DNA of 64,000 nucleotides from Hyphomicrobiaceae bacterium (GTDB lineage Bacteria; Pseudomonadota; Alphaproteobacteria; Rhizobiales; Hyphomicrobiaceae): NCBI GenBank assembly GCA_041288195.1, contig JBGGME010000045.1, positions 4,247 to 68,246 of the forward strand, read 5' to 3'. Shown piece by piece: positions 63,973 to 64,000 of this stretch (position 1 is its first letter; each line of letters starts with the position of its first letter). The notes under the pieces were generated by a model. It saw only the letters and a program-made list of their open reading frames with translations, ran no database searches and was not told where the DNA came from. The position numbers and the translations under genes were made by a program.

Positions 63973-64000
63973 CGCCTGCGCCCAAGAGCGCGGCACCAGC

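Overview
This is a high-G+C chromosomal segment, about two-thirds G+C judged by eye, from an alphaproteobacterium that looks like Hyphomicrobiales/Rhizobiales. I saw no rRNA, tRNA or CRISPR array. All calls rest on reading the ORF translations and the DNA; no searches were run.

Conserved backbone:
- The F1 ATP-synthase genes atpA-atpG-atpD-atpC lie at 2.2-7.1 kb. The separate F0 operon atpI-atpB-atpE-b'-b lies at 56.6-59.2 kb.
- Two tandem rppH-like Nudix genes are followed by ctpA and an M23 peptidase.
- etfB-etfA-hbd are present.
- The block mutY / DUF721 / two dsbA paralogues / smc is present.
- About 20 kb (18-39 kb) is catabolic or accessory metabolism. It includes hydantoinase A/B, an aryl-CoA ligase, an FAD monooxygenase, a separate Old-Yellow-Enzyme reductase, two luciferase-like oxidoreductases, an aldolase, a ThDP enzyme, a tautomerase, an MBL hydrolase and a PrpD-family protein. 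A REC-EAL plus PilZ c-di-GMP pair is embedded in it.

Accessory or unusual content:
1. The left edge is a lower-G+C island end. It carries a 3'-truncated gmd and a tyrosine integrase sitting where atpH would normally precede atpA.
2. A single 547-aa gene for an unknown membrane protein is bracketed exactly by a 12-bp direct repeat and lies between atpC and rppH. This is my best candidate for an undescribed system.
3. A clearly lower-G+C DUF4263/Shedu-like nuclease gene is wedged behind mutY.
4. A small secreted protein with 10 cysteines lies next to a transmembrane-anchored patatin-like phospholipase.
5. An 83-aa acidic Cys-containing ORF lies between atpD and atpC.
6. At least three families of palindromic intergenic repeats occur, including inside the atp operon.
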